Notes: generated by a model from the letters alone, not told the origin. A DNA stretch of 64,000 nucleotides from Octopus sinensis (GCF_006345805.1 NC_043016.1:6696001-6760000), one strand, 5' to 3'; positions 13,964 through 24,790 are shown, numbered from the stretch's first letter. Numbers and translations: made by a program.

Positions 13964-14050
13964 TATATAATTAAATAAGCGTAGAAATTGATATTAATAA
14001 ATTAAAACCAGTGGCCTAACATATTTTAAAAAATCCGAAGATTAAAAATT

Positions 14051-14220
14051 TTTTTACATACAAAATTGAGAGGATTGACCACTGAAAGTGGACAGCCTGT
14101 ATGCTAGATATAGACGTCAAAATCGCCAAAATCCGTGGAAAATGGCAATTTTGACGTCTATATCTAGCATACAGGTTGTCCACTTTTAGTGGTTAATTCT
14201 CTAAATTTTGTATGTAAAAA
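14051..14220. repeat. Long inverted repeat: 78-bp arms, 14-nt loop
   Basis: 14051-14128 versus reverse complement of 14143-14220: 72/78 identical. Confidence 0.95.
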
Positions 14221-14447
14221 TTTCAAAGAGCATAAATTGAATATTACTCAGTTCGAAAATACGACTTGAAAATAATATTTAATCTCACGGTGTCATACTT
14301 ACATCGACAATTCATTAAAAATAAATGATTAAGAAAAAAGAGATACATGATTGAAAGCGTAATTAACTGTTGTATTCGCCCTCAGTCTCTCTAATGCCGT
14401 GTAGTGTTAAAAAACACAGAAGCATATCAATAGCAGATAAAATTTAT

Positions 14448-14628
14448 CTAACAGCGATGGTGTCATGGGTAAATGCTCATTTCTTCCTCATTTGCCTTCG
14501 TCAGTGGCAGTATTCACCGACGAGTGCATGCTTAGATAAAATCCGCCGGTACCGATATAGTAAAATAGTGATTGAAAAAATCAGTGAATTTGCAGAAATG
14601 CGCATTTAGCTGACACCATTGCTGCTAG
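14448..14628. repeat. About 35-bp imperfect inverted repeats enclosing about 110 bp (MITE-like or Penelope-like relic)
   Basis: CTAACAGCGATGGTGTCATGGGTAAATGCTCATTTC (14448-14483) versus reverse complement of 14595-14628. Confidence 0.6.
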
Positions 14629-15134
14629 TGATATATCCATGTGCTTTATAACACTACGTCTATAAAATGTGATATGTCAGGATGAATACCGCAGTTAATT
14701 AGCCTTTTAAGGGTGTATTTGCTTTAAGTATGATACATAAATTGCTATTTTACACTAATATTGCTTCTGTCGCTCATAACGATAAAAAAAATAAGTGAAT
14801 ACATTTATAGGAAAGTAAATGAAGTAGAGAAAAGTGAAGAAGGAAAAATAATATAAAAATGAAAACAAAGATTTAAATTATTTATTTCTTGTGGATAATT
14901 AAATAAAAAGAACAAGTTCGAAAAACAGCGACCATCAGCAGCAGAATTCACAACTGTTCGCCTTTCACCAAGTATCTTAACTGATAAATGTAATATACAC
15001 ATCCTTCGCAGCTGCATGCTTATCTGAAATTTAAAGAAAATTTCGCCTCGTTTGAGATAAGCGAAAAATATTAAGTATACAAACACGCAGACACAGACAC
15101 ATATACATATACATATATGCATATGTCTCTCTCT

Positions 15135-15208
<74 letters not shown>

Positions 15209-15212
<4 letters not shown>

Positions 15213-15622
15213 CTTTTCGGTTTGACTGGCAGTTTTTGACATCATTTCTAAGTAACTAAACACTTTTAAACTTCGTATACTGGTAGATGTGTTTATAAAA
15301 CATCTTTTTCTCTTGGCTTTATTGAGAAAATTCTACTGTTTGTAAGATATTTCTTGTTTTTTTCTTCAATTTCTGCAATTTCAACCAATCAATGACGTCT
15401 ATTGAGGTGAAAAACATTCTGTGCCGTATGAATATGTCCCTCGTTTAAGAAACAGATTGGGTTTATTTACATTTGTGAAGAAAAAAAGATACCCTTCCCC
15501 CGCCCCTAACCCTAACCCTAAAACAGATTGAAATGCAATAGATCGATACTAGGGTCATAATTATGGGTGACAATTTCATATGACACCGCTAGAAAAAACT
15601 GCCGTTCAAACCGCAAAGATCC
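15209..15622. mobile_element. MITE with about 29-bp TIRs in a (TA)n tract
   Basis: GGATCTTTTCGGTTTGACTGGCAGTTTTT versus reverse complement of AAAAAACTGCCGTTCAAACCGCAAAGATCC; non-coding interior. Confidence 0.85.
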
Positions 15623-15626
15623 TATA

Positions 15627-15660
<34 letters not shown>

Positions 15661-15718
15661 CATACATACATACATACATACATACAAACATATATATTCA
15701 CACACACCCATACACACA

Positions 15719-15920
15719 AGGCGGCGAACTGGTACAATTGTTAGTAAGCCATACAAAATGCTTAGCGGCATTTCGTTCGCCTTTACGTTCCGAGTTCAGA
15801 CTCCGCGGAGGTCAACTTCATCGTTTATCCTTTGAAATGAAATAAGGACCTGTTGATCTCTGGGGCCGATCTAATCGACTAGCTCCCTCTCCAAAATTTC
15901 AGGTTTCGTATCTAAAATAG
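15719..15920 (+). mobile_element. tRNA-derived SINE (GGCGGCGAGCTGG head family), diverged
   Basis: Head and body align with 55211-55430 and 58938-59348 (GGCGGCGA..TGG, AATGCTTAGCGG, GAGTTCA, GTCGA..TAATCGACT). Confidence 0.75.
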
Positions 15921-15986
15921 TACACAGCACACAGACACAGATACAGACGCAGACACACAAACACACGTACTCACGCACGCACGCAC

Positions 15987-16079
<93 letters not shown>

Positions 16080-16182
16080 AAAACGAAATTCTCGTCTTGT
16101 GCCACTTCATATAATATGTATGGAAAAAAAATGAAGGGAGAATTTCCATACATTGTTTTTGTATATTGTATATTGTATACAT

Positions 16183-16577
16183 AGGCGCAGGAGTGGCTGT
16201 GTGGTAAGTAGCTTGTTTACCAACCACATGGTTCCGGGTTTAGTCCCACTGCGTGACCCCTTGGGCAAGTGTCTTCTACTATAGCCTCGGGCCGACCAAA
16301 GCCTTGTGAGTGGATTTGGTAGACGGAAACTGAAAGAAGCCCGTCGTATATATGTATATGTATGCGTGTGTGTGTTTGTGTGTGTGTTTGTCCCCCTAGT
16401 ATTGACAACCGATGCTGGTGTGTTTACGTCCCCGTCACTTAGCGGTTCGGCAAAAGAGACCGATAGAATAAGTACTGGGCTTACAAAAGAATAAGTCCCG
16501 GGGTCGATTTGCTCGATTAAAGGCGGTGCTCCAGCATGGCCGCAGTCAAATGACTGAAACAAGTAAAGAGAAAAGAG
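16183..16577 (+). mobile_element. Full-length tRNA-derived SINE (abundant Octopus OR/OK-type family, named from memory)
   Basis: A-box TGGCTGTGTGG, B-box-like GGTTTAGTCCC, TTGGGCAAGTGTCTT, internal (TG)n, tail GGCGGTGCTCCAGCATGGCCGCAGTCAAATGACTGAAACAAGTAAAGAG; about ten copies in the window. Confidence 0.9.
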
Positions 16578-16631
16578 TATGTATGTGTATCTTTCTATCT
16601 TTCCGTGCGTGTACACTAACAAACGCACCCC

Positions 16632-16760
16632 AAGAGGCGCAGTGTGCCAAAATGGAGTTCGAAATCCGGCAGTGCATTGTATCCTTGAGCAAGACACTTC
16701 ATTTCACGTTGCTGTAGTTCACTTAGCTGGTAAAAATGAGATGTACTTGTAATTTTAACT
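16632..16760 (+). mobile_element. CORE-type SINE fragment
   Basis: CCTTGAGCAAGACACTTCATTTCACGTTGCT...AAAAATGAG matches the copy at 42346-42669. Confidence 0.65.
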
Positions 16761-17087
16761 CAGGAGATAGAGCTGGAAGAAATGCCAAGGGCAATTTTAG
16801 AATAATCTAACAATTCCACCAATCCATAGTAATATCAATAATGGTTTTAAATCTCTGGTTCGATCCCATTGCCTGGTACCTTGTGTTGTTCCATATTTTC
16901 TGAGTGAAACTCGACAGACTGAAGGAAACTGTGTAGAATCCCGCCAGGCGGATTGTATCAGTAATTGAAAAAGTACACAAGCGTGTCGTGCAGAACGAAC
17001 TCTGATCCTGCCTGAGAATTTCGTCCAGGGCATAAGTGTCTATGGAATGCTCTGATACATACGTGGAATCCTCCACACCGAATGCCA

Positions 17088-17225
17088 AGGGCGTAGCTGT
17101 GTGGTAGGAAGTTTACTTCCCAACTACATAGTCCAGAGTTCGGTCTCATAGCGTGGTACCTTAGGCAAGTGTCTTCGACTGGTGAGTGGATCTGGTAGAC
17201 AAAACGTGGAAGAAACCTGTCGTAT
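17088..17225 (+). mobile_element. OR/OK-type SINE 5' portion, diverged
   Basis: GGGCGTAGCTGTGTGGTAGGAAG...CTTAGGCAAGTGTCTTC...GTGGATCTGGTAGAC. Confidence 0.7.
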
Positions 17226-17254
17226 GTGTGTGTGTATTTCTCCCCCGACGGAGG

Positions 17255-17620
17255 ATGTTACCTGAACAGTGGGTCTTCGGAAGGGTATGTCGCGAGACAA
17301 GAGAAGTTTTTCTTTACGCTGTACCAAGTTGTAACCGCGAAACACTAGAGGACTGCATACGGCAGTACTTCCAGGAACCACTATTCTCAGAAATCATGGG
17401 CTATGATTTCAGACACAAAACTGTGAACCATACCATTGAATTTATAACCTCAAAAGATTGGACTCGCCCTCAACAAATTGAGAGTACATGGGCGTCTTTG
17501 AAGCGTAGAAACAACGCCGGTGTGCGACACACCGTTCCATGGTTGACTCGTATCTTTGCGAATTTATGTGGAGAAGAAGATATGAGAAAGATAATCTAAT
17601 TTATAAAATCCTAGAGTGTA
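17255..17620 (+). pseudogene. Merlin (IS1016/IS1595-like) DDE transposase fragment
   Basis: WVFGRVCRETREVFLYAV..ETL, PGTTI in a shifted frame, HKTVNH..EFI, QQIESTWASLKR, LCEFMWRRR: the ISXO2/Merlin motif order. Confidence 0.8.
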
Positions 17621-19513
17621 TATACTTTCTTTCTTTCCTGAATTTTTAAACTGTTTAGTCTGTTTTAAGCAATGTTTTGACTGTTATTTCTGGCAACTGC
17701 AGTTAGTTTGCTCCTAGCTTTTAACTATTTGATTTTCTCGCTTATGTCTCAATGTTTTTCACTGTTATTTTGCTCGTGTTTATTTTAATGTTTTGACTGT
17801 TATTTCTAGCAACCGCAGTTGGTTTGATCGTAGCTTTTAAATATTTAATTTGCGTATGTAATAGGTAATCGTTGATAAGATCTTGAGAATGATCTAGTTT
17901 TACTAATCCTAATGGTTTGATCAAAGGAATACCTGTTTTGTTTGTTTCTTTCTGCATGCTATGTGCATCAGGGTGTGTTTGTAATAGTAAAGAAGAGTTC
18001 TTACCGTAGTTAATCTTCGATTCATAATGAAACGAGTGCGTTTGTTGCCACGTGCTCTGGCGTATGTTGCATTGACGAGGTTGTTCCCTTTTAATTCTTG
18101 TTCCCGGTGTTGTAGAATCTTTACCGTAATTTGCAGCATATCGAGAAATGATTGTTTCCGCTGCCCTAACTGTCTAGATCTGTTTTCTTCTTTTGAGATA
18201 TCCCTGATCCATAGCTCTCGCATCTTTTAAGCCATATTGCCAGTCGTCAGCTTTGATATTTCATCGGCAATTTGATCATCAATAACACCGTCTTTCTCTC
18301 TTATAATGGAATTATCTACATAGGGTAATGGAGATATCGGTCCTGAATTTTTTCATGGTGAGCTCCCATCGAAGTTTTGTTTCCTTCTCCGGTTCACCTA
18401 CAACTTCCTTAATCAGGTACTTACTAGGGTGTATGAGTGCAGCTAGTGAAATCCATTTAGAGTGAATTTCAGCATATTCTTCACATTTATATGCCTTCCA
18501 GAAATTTTGTTTTCTTATGGTGATAAGTATTTTCCATGTCTTGCACATCTCTTTTCTTTTTCGATATGCTTCTTTTTCTAAATTTCTTTCCTTGAGTTCT
18601 AGCATCTAAAGTGGTTGGGGTAGACTTTCCCTTGTAGTTTTTATAACTGTTGATACAATTTCAGATAAATTCAGAGCTTATCTATTCACTTACTCATTTT
18701 CCGTCTGTAGAGGTGTGTGTGTCAATCATCTATGGTTTTTAGAAATTCAGACGAAGAGATTTTCAATAGAGATTTTTGGGTTTATCCCCAAAACGATCAG
18801 GTGCCACTGATTAATCTCAACATTTTGAGTCCGAATTTGGACCCTGTAACATATACATTTTTTTTCCTTTCGGTGAACCAGGGTGGCAGCTAGAAATGGC
18901 AGGAAATGTTGATAACGGATCAAATATTCGTCGACAAAATATCACAATGTTGCAGGATAAGGTTTCACTTACAACAGTCAGAGATAATGAGTTCAGTTCT
19001 TCAATTCTTCATGGAGGATATCTCTTCTAGCAATGGGCGGTGTACTCATACTTACAAGTGGGAGCAAATAACCTGAATTTTACAAGAAACCAACCACAAA
19101 GATTGAAGGTGGAGCTTTACTAATCATTTAGATTATGTTGCAAAAAATGTTGGAATTCAGGCTCGACGTACACTTATTCTTCCATCTTCATTCGAAGGAT
19201 CCCCACGAAACATGCGAGAATGCTTTCACGACACAATGGCTATTGTCAACATGGACATATGTTAACATGGAACACCAGGTATTTTCTACAATAGCATCTA
19301 ATCCAAACTGGCCAGCCTAACTTATTTCATGAACAAAATCCATCAGACAGATGAGATTTAGTAGCAAGGTGTTTCAGATTGAAACTAAAAGAACGTTTTG
19401 ATGATGTTACAATGTCGACATTTTCGGTGGAGATATATCTCATTTGTACACCATTAAGTTTCAAAAAGCAGGTTTGCCACATATCCATATACTGATGATA
19501 TTATATCCAGATG

Positions 19514-19860
19514 TTTGCAAAAGGGACATGAAGGCCTGCAACATCAATATTAGCAACTGGGAAGCAGTTGCCAGCAACCGTGGATTTGGCGACGTACCGT
19601 AAAAGAGGGAATACAAAGGAGTGACAGAGAGAGAGAGGAGAAATGGAAAGAAAGGAAGAGACGTAAACAAGAGACTATGGCATTACAACCAGCCAGGAAC
19701 AGTCTTCGCTGCATTTGCGGTACCTGCCAGAGGGAGTGTTTGTCCAGGATAGGACTACACAGCCACAGCAGGATATGTATCAAGACATGAAATGTAAAAG
19801 CCGGACTAGACTACTTTATGCGCAACTCCATTGTCTCCCGAGACAAAAAGGATGCCAACA
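19514..19860 (+). mobile_element. RTE-clade LINE 3' fragment inserted in the Helitron Rep region
   Basis: VCKRDMKACNI...WEAVASNR..WRRTV; C..C.R.C.SRIGLHSHSR.C; TSD ATATCCAGAT(G) at 19503 and 19861. Confidence 0.85.
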
Positions 19861-20263
19861 ATATCCAGATGACAAGTTTAAAGACCAATCGTAAATAGAT
19901 GAAGTTGTCTGTGCGGAAATTCCTGATCGGAAATTCCTGATGTACAAGCCGAGCCTTTGCTTTGTGACGTTATAAAAAAGGGCATGATACATGGACCTTG
20001 CGGTGAAGAAAATCCGAGAGCATCTTGCATGAATAATGGAGACTGCCAAAAGGAGTTTCCTAAAGAGTTTCTTGAAGAAACAATAGTAAATAACGATGGT
20101 TATCCATGCTACAGGCGACGCCAAAGAACAACAAAGTTGGTTTCTATAATTGATAACAGATATGTTGGTTCCCTATAACATGTATCAATGTCATAAATTT
20201 AATGCCTATATAAATGTGGGAATATGTTCAAGTATCAAGTCAATGAGATACATATTCAAATAC

Positions 20264-20567
20264 GTGGAGGCACATGGCCAACTGGTTAGAGTAGCGGACT
20301 CGCGGTCGAACGATCGCGGGTTCGAATCTCAGACCGGGCGATGTGTGTGTTTATGAGCGAAACACCTAAGTTCCACGCAGCTCCGGCAGAAGGTAATGAC
20401 GAAATTTCTGCTGACTCTTTCGCCACAACTTTCTCTCACTCTTTCCTCCTGCATCTTGCAGTTCACCTGCGACGGACCGGCGTCCCGTCCAGGTGGGGAA
20501 CCTATACGCCAAGAAACCGGGAAACCGGCCCTTATGAGCCAGGCATGGCTCGAGAAGGAACAACCAT
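20264..20567 (+). mobile_element. tRNA-derived SINE (V-domain-like) inserted in the Helitron Rep region
   Basis: A-box TGGCCAACTGG, B-box GGTTCGAATC, GGACCGGCGTCCCGTCCAGG; 12-bp TSD ATATTCAAATAC (20252-20263 and 20568-20579). Confidence 0.88.
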
Positions 20568-21029
20568 ATATTCAAATACATCTATAAAGAATATGATACC
20601 ATGAAACTTGATATAAACAAAAGGGAAATGAACAGCGAAGTTGTGCACGATGAAGCTAAACGCCAGCTTGATAGGAAATATGTGAGTGGCCTTGAAGCGA
20701 TGTGGCAGTTACATAAAAACAAAATGCATGACTGATCCCATGTTATATGCTTGCCAGTGCATTTGAAGCATCAAGAATCCGTCTTTTAGAGAAGGTAGTG
20801 AAGAAAAACCATTGGAGAGAACCGCCTATCATAACACTGCTCTAACAGCATGGGTTGCTCCTAATCAACAATATGAAAATGCAAGACACCTGTTATATAT
20901 CGATATTCCTTACCATTTTGTATTTGACAAAAAAAAAATGACTGTTTGGAAACCATGCAAGAGAGAAAGAGAGAAAATTACTTCAAGACTTTATTTTGTA
21001 AATCCTAGAGAAGAAAGATTTCTACATTA

Positions 21030-21195
21030 TTTACATTATTTACAATTGACAGATATTTGTCCTCATCTTGTTTGTTGTTAACACAACGTTTCGGCTGATA
21101 TACCCTCCTGCCTTCATCAGATGTCTTGGGGGAATTTCGAACCTGGGTTCTCATTCCTAAGGTATTTTTCGATGTTGTTGTTGTTATTATTATTA
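21030..21195 (-). mobile_element. Penelope-type tail element containing a hammerhead motif (same family as 54646-54845)
   Basis: Minus strand AATACCTTAGGAATGAGAACCCAGGTTCGAAATT..CCAAGACATCTGATGA...CGAAACGTTGTGTTAACAACAAACAAGATGAGG matches 54733-54845. Confidence 0.8.
21080..21125 (-). ncRNA. Minimal type I hammerhead ribozyme, complete core
   Basis: GACAU-CUGAUGA-A-GGC(AGGAGGGUAUAUCA)GCC-GAA-ACGU-U/GUGUU; stem I GACAU:GUGUU, palindromic ACGU stem III, GUU cleavage triplet. Confidence 0.8.
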
Positions 21196-21246
21196 TATTA
21201 TTATTATTATTATTATTATATTATTATTATTATTATTTTATTATTA

Positions 21247-21281
<35 letters not shown>

Positions 21282-21284
<3 letters not shown>

Positions 21285-21597
21285 TATGTTTGACTTTTGC
21301 TTTATATTTGTACAAGTTGGCTCCAAGTCTCACCCAGAGACCTCAAGAGACAACAGGTTGGAAGTTCATATGCCTAGTGTGCCATATATTGGGGGGGGGG
21401 GAAGTTTTTGGTGTTGCACTAATGAATGTCTAAAAATTTTTTTTTTTTTTTTAAACCGAAAATTATGTTTGTTTTAAACCTTGAGATTACATAGAAAGTA
21501 TTTTGCGTAGGATATGAGCAGTTCCCATGAGCACTATCTTTTGAATTTCTGCCATTTTGGGGTTCCTGGTATCTGAGTTAGGTAGCTATCAGCCCCT
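21282..21597 (-). mobile_element. R4/Dong-like LINE 3' fragment flanked by (TAA)n in element orientation
   Basis: QIPGTPKMAEIQKIVLMGTAHILRKILSM* then 3' UTR ending ...AAGTCAAACATAGAATAATAAT. Confidence 0.85.
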
Positions 21598-21693
21598 TAT
21601 TATTATTATTATATTATGATTATTATTATCATTATTTTATTATGATGATGATTATTATGATTATTATTATTATTATTATTATGATTATTATTA

Positions 21694-21714
<21 letters not shown>

Positions 21715-21724
<10 letters not shown>

Positions 21725-22028
21725 CATCATTATTATAATTATAATATAATATATATATGTTGTTGTTATCGTTGTTGTCATTGTCTTGTAGCTGTTGTTA
21801 CATTTGTTGTTGTGTTTTTGCCTATTCCTCAGTCGTCTACAGGGAAATCCTTTATTACCTAGTCAGTCCAGTTTTTTGTCCACTCAACAAAAGCTGGCGA
21901 TTGTCCATTATATTATTATATTTGTGGCGAAAGAGCTCACTTCTTTCACACGAGGTGTTCACCACTACAGCTACCTTCTGAGATTTGTTTTCTCTTCACA
22001 CGCCATTATATATATCTCTTATGATAAA
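21715..22028 (+). repeat. About 300-bp unassigned repeat; inverted near-identical copy at 24853-25180
   Basis: Sequences match apart from an 11-bp indel and few substitutions, including imperfections in the adjoining TTA tract. Confidence 0.9.
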
Positions 22029-22194
22029 AGGCAGATTTTCTCTGCCTGTTCCCATGTTTCTTTTTAATACAATTCTACAATATAGAATTTCTTCAATTGG
22101 AATTTACCTATGATTTTTCCAAGTAGATTCGATTGGGTCATGGCATGTAAAGTTTTTTCAATTTGACCCCTAATTAAGCAAAAATTCGAGAAAA

Positions 22195-22420
22195 CTCAAT
22201 ATTTCTCATTTCAAGTGGTTTACTCCTGCTATTACCACCACACTACTTTCTCTTTGCAAGCGTGAAACTATTAAAGTGAAAGTATTATATAACAGGGATG
22301 AGCCATTAATAGTGGTCATCCTTTTTGCTAGAGGAAGATCCGCTATAGTCTTATATGCTACACCACTGGTTTTCAATTCATATTAATCAAATTAATATTC
22401 AATTTTTTATCCTTATTATG
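22195..22420 (-). mobile_element. Fragment of the non-autonomous family also at 39240-39625 and 51060-51280
   Basis: Reverse complement contains AATTGAATATTAATTTGATTAATATGAATTGAAAACCAGTGGTGTAGCATATAAGAC..GCGGATCTTC, as at 39255-39330. Confidence 0.7.
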
Positions 22421-22423
22421 TGT

Positions 22424-22480
<57 letters not shown>

Positions 22481-23089
22481 TAGCAATTCGTATAAAATTT
22501 CATCAATAACTTGAACTTGAATAAGTGGTTTCACATAAATGGGGATAAATTAAAAAGTTTGTTGTTATTATTATTACTGTTTGACTATTGTAATCACGTT
22601 TGTTGGTTCCTCGTCAGGGAAACGTTGTTGTGTTGCATTTGTTAAATAATTGTAAGCCGTAACCCTCCCCCTTTCGGAGAAGGGGCTTTGGTTATTGTTT
22701 AAAAATTGAATTGTGTCCCTGTTTGGGGAAATTGACAATATTTTCACCGTCTTTACGGAAGCATTTTTGTTAAAATGCCTTCGATAGAAGAAAGTCCAAA
22801 AATGAATTCGCTGCAGCCGTACACTTCTATACAAGAGGGAGGACAAGATCCAATTGATCGAAATTGCAAGAGACGGGCCTACAATTCCAGTCTGTTATAT
22901 ATTTTGAGTATTGTTATCACTAGCGATATCAAGATATAACTTTGTATTTTGTATTTTATGTGTAGATGTATATATATAGATGTACATGTAATATGTACAC
23001 ATATATATATACACATATATACATGCATAATATATCTACCCATACACACATACGCATACACACACACACACACACACACACATACATAG

Positions 23090-23225
23090 GGGCAGGTGTG
23101 GCTGTGTGGTAATAAACTACGTTCCAAACACATGGTCCTGGGTTCAGTCCCACTGTGTGGTGACTTGGCATGTGTCTTCTGCTGTAGCTTCAGACCAACA
23201 AAAGCCTTCTCAGTGGATTTTGTAC
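23090..23225 (+). mobile_element. OR/OK-type SINE 5' fragment
   Basis: GGGGCAGGTGTGGCTGTGTGGTAA...GGGTTCAGTCCCACTG...TCAGTGGATTTTGTA. Confidence 0.8.
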
Positions 23226-23269
23226 ATATATACAGGCATACATACATATATATATACATGCATACGTAC

Positions 23270-23858
23270 ATATTCGGCATAAACACTCTACCATATAATG
23301 ATGAAATGCTAAAACTCATTCCTGGGGATGTCTATGTATATAAGTCTATCGATACAACTCCTGACCCAGAGGACGTCATCAACTATCCAATAGAGGTACT
23401 CAATTCCTTTGAGCCCCCCCGGACTACCACCACACATTCTCAAACTTAAAGTTGGTGCCCCTATAATGCTCATTAGAAATTTGGTTCCCCCAAAACAATG
23501 CAATGGCACACGTTTGATCGTTAAGTCCTTATCTCCCAATCTGATTGAGGCCACCATTATCACAGGGTGCGGTCGAAGCAACGTTGTGCTCATACCTAGG
23601 ATGCATCTTTTCCCATCAGGAGCAGACCTACCTTTCATATTTCGGAGGTCCCAGTTCCCAGAAAGGCCATGTTTCGCAATGTCAATTAACAAAGCGCAGG
23701 GTCAAACACTGTCTGTAGCGGGAATACATTTGGGAGAGCCATGTTTCTCTCATGGTCAGCTTTATGTTGGCTGCTCGCGTGTCGGCAGCAACAGTGATGC
23801 TTTCGCATTCGTTCCACAACGAAAAACAAAAGACATTGTGTACAAGGAGGTTTTATAG
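23270..23858 (+). pseudogene. Helitron PIF1-like helicase C-terminal fragment (one frameshift near 23415)
   Basis: ORF-track 23096-23449 and 23409-23858: [18 protein letters not shown] / GLPPH..NKAQGQT..SHGQLYV. Confidence 0.9.
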
Positions 23859-24722
23859 GATTACTACGTTTCATCATTTTCGAACACGTTAGTATTTCAC
23901 TTACATACGACTCTCTTTTATGATGGCATTTACATTTTTAGGCGTTTCATGACATTAATTCACACTTAACCAACACCTGTCCTTCGCTCACCTCTATTTC
24001 TATCCATTCATCATCAAACCACCAGCCTCATCTTCTATATCCAACGTACATGACACATCTACCACCTACATCTACACTCTCACTGTTAAAGTTTACATAA
24101 GCGACAACACGATCGCAACATACACTTTGGAAACTAAGCAACAGATCATTTTATACAACAACAAATTTAATCATAACGCCCATCAATGAAAACATCTCCA
24201 CCACTGTGTTGTGATTCATCTAATCAGCACCACTACAGTCTTGCCGGTCTGACATATGGTGAGTAGATGCTATTGTTCTATATTTTATAAATTACCCATA
24301 TTTACTTACCCATGCTTCATTCCCCTCTTGCCTACATAGGGCATCCATTCTCTTTTAACACAGCATGAAGTTTTGTAACAGCACATCCGCTGCCGTTCGT
24401 GGAAAACGAAGAGACCCTATTCACCTGCGAACGTTTTACACCGCCTTCCACGACTATCAAATTCTTACAATTATGAGAACAATAACATGGCTCTTTTCAA
24501 GGCAAACTCGCATTCAATTCTTATATCATTCTACGAGGGGGTAGGAACCCCTTTACACGGCTTTCTATACACTTACAAATACTTTCATTCGCCGTAAACT
24601 TATATCAATATTTGCCTGAATAATCATCATAATTCAGTGCAATCATTAACAGTACTTTCAAGCAATTCAGCCCCGAGCATCGCCAGGAAATTCTGCTAGT
24701 ATATACATATATATATATATAT

Positions 24723-24790
24723 CTATACAATATGTTACATTACTCGGTAGTAATGTAACATATTACCGAGTAATGTAACATATTGTATAG
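24723..24790. repeat. Perfect 27-bp inverted repeat; the 14-nt loop is a copy of arm sequence
   Basis: CTATACAATATGTTACATTACTCGGTA / GTAATGTAACATAT / TACCGAGTAATGTAACATATTGTATAG. Confidence 0.95.

Larger units (their letters stand above)
18875..24699 (+). mobile_element. Degenerate Helitron (Rep + PIF1 helicase) with nested insertions; 3' end CTAG|T at 24696-24700
   Basis: Rep motifs GEPGW, ILHGG.LF, ILPSSFEGSPRNM, FQKAGLPHIHIL, MIHGPCG..NP..SCM..G.C.K.FPK, PYN...INV.ICSSIKS, YVSGLEAMW. Helicase [61 protein letters not shown]-rich subterminal CCCCGAGCATCGCCAGG then TTCTGCTAG. Confidence 0.85.

Noticed and set aside
15503-15520. Interstitial telomere
   Set aside because: Only about three CCCTAA units inside a MITE.
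16760-17085. GC-balanced unique segment as a possible exon
   Set aside because: No recognisable motif, stops in most frames, no clear splice signals.
22585-22630. Minus-strand CTGACGA...AAACGT hammerhead-like motif
   Set aside because: No stem II, G12 missing, G at the cleavage position.
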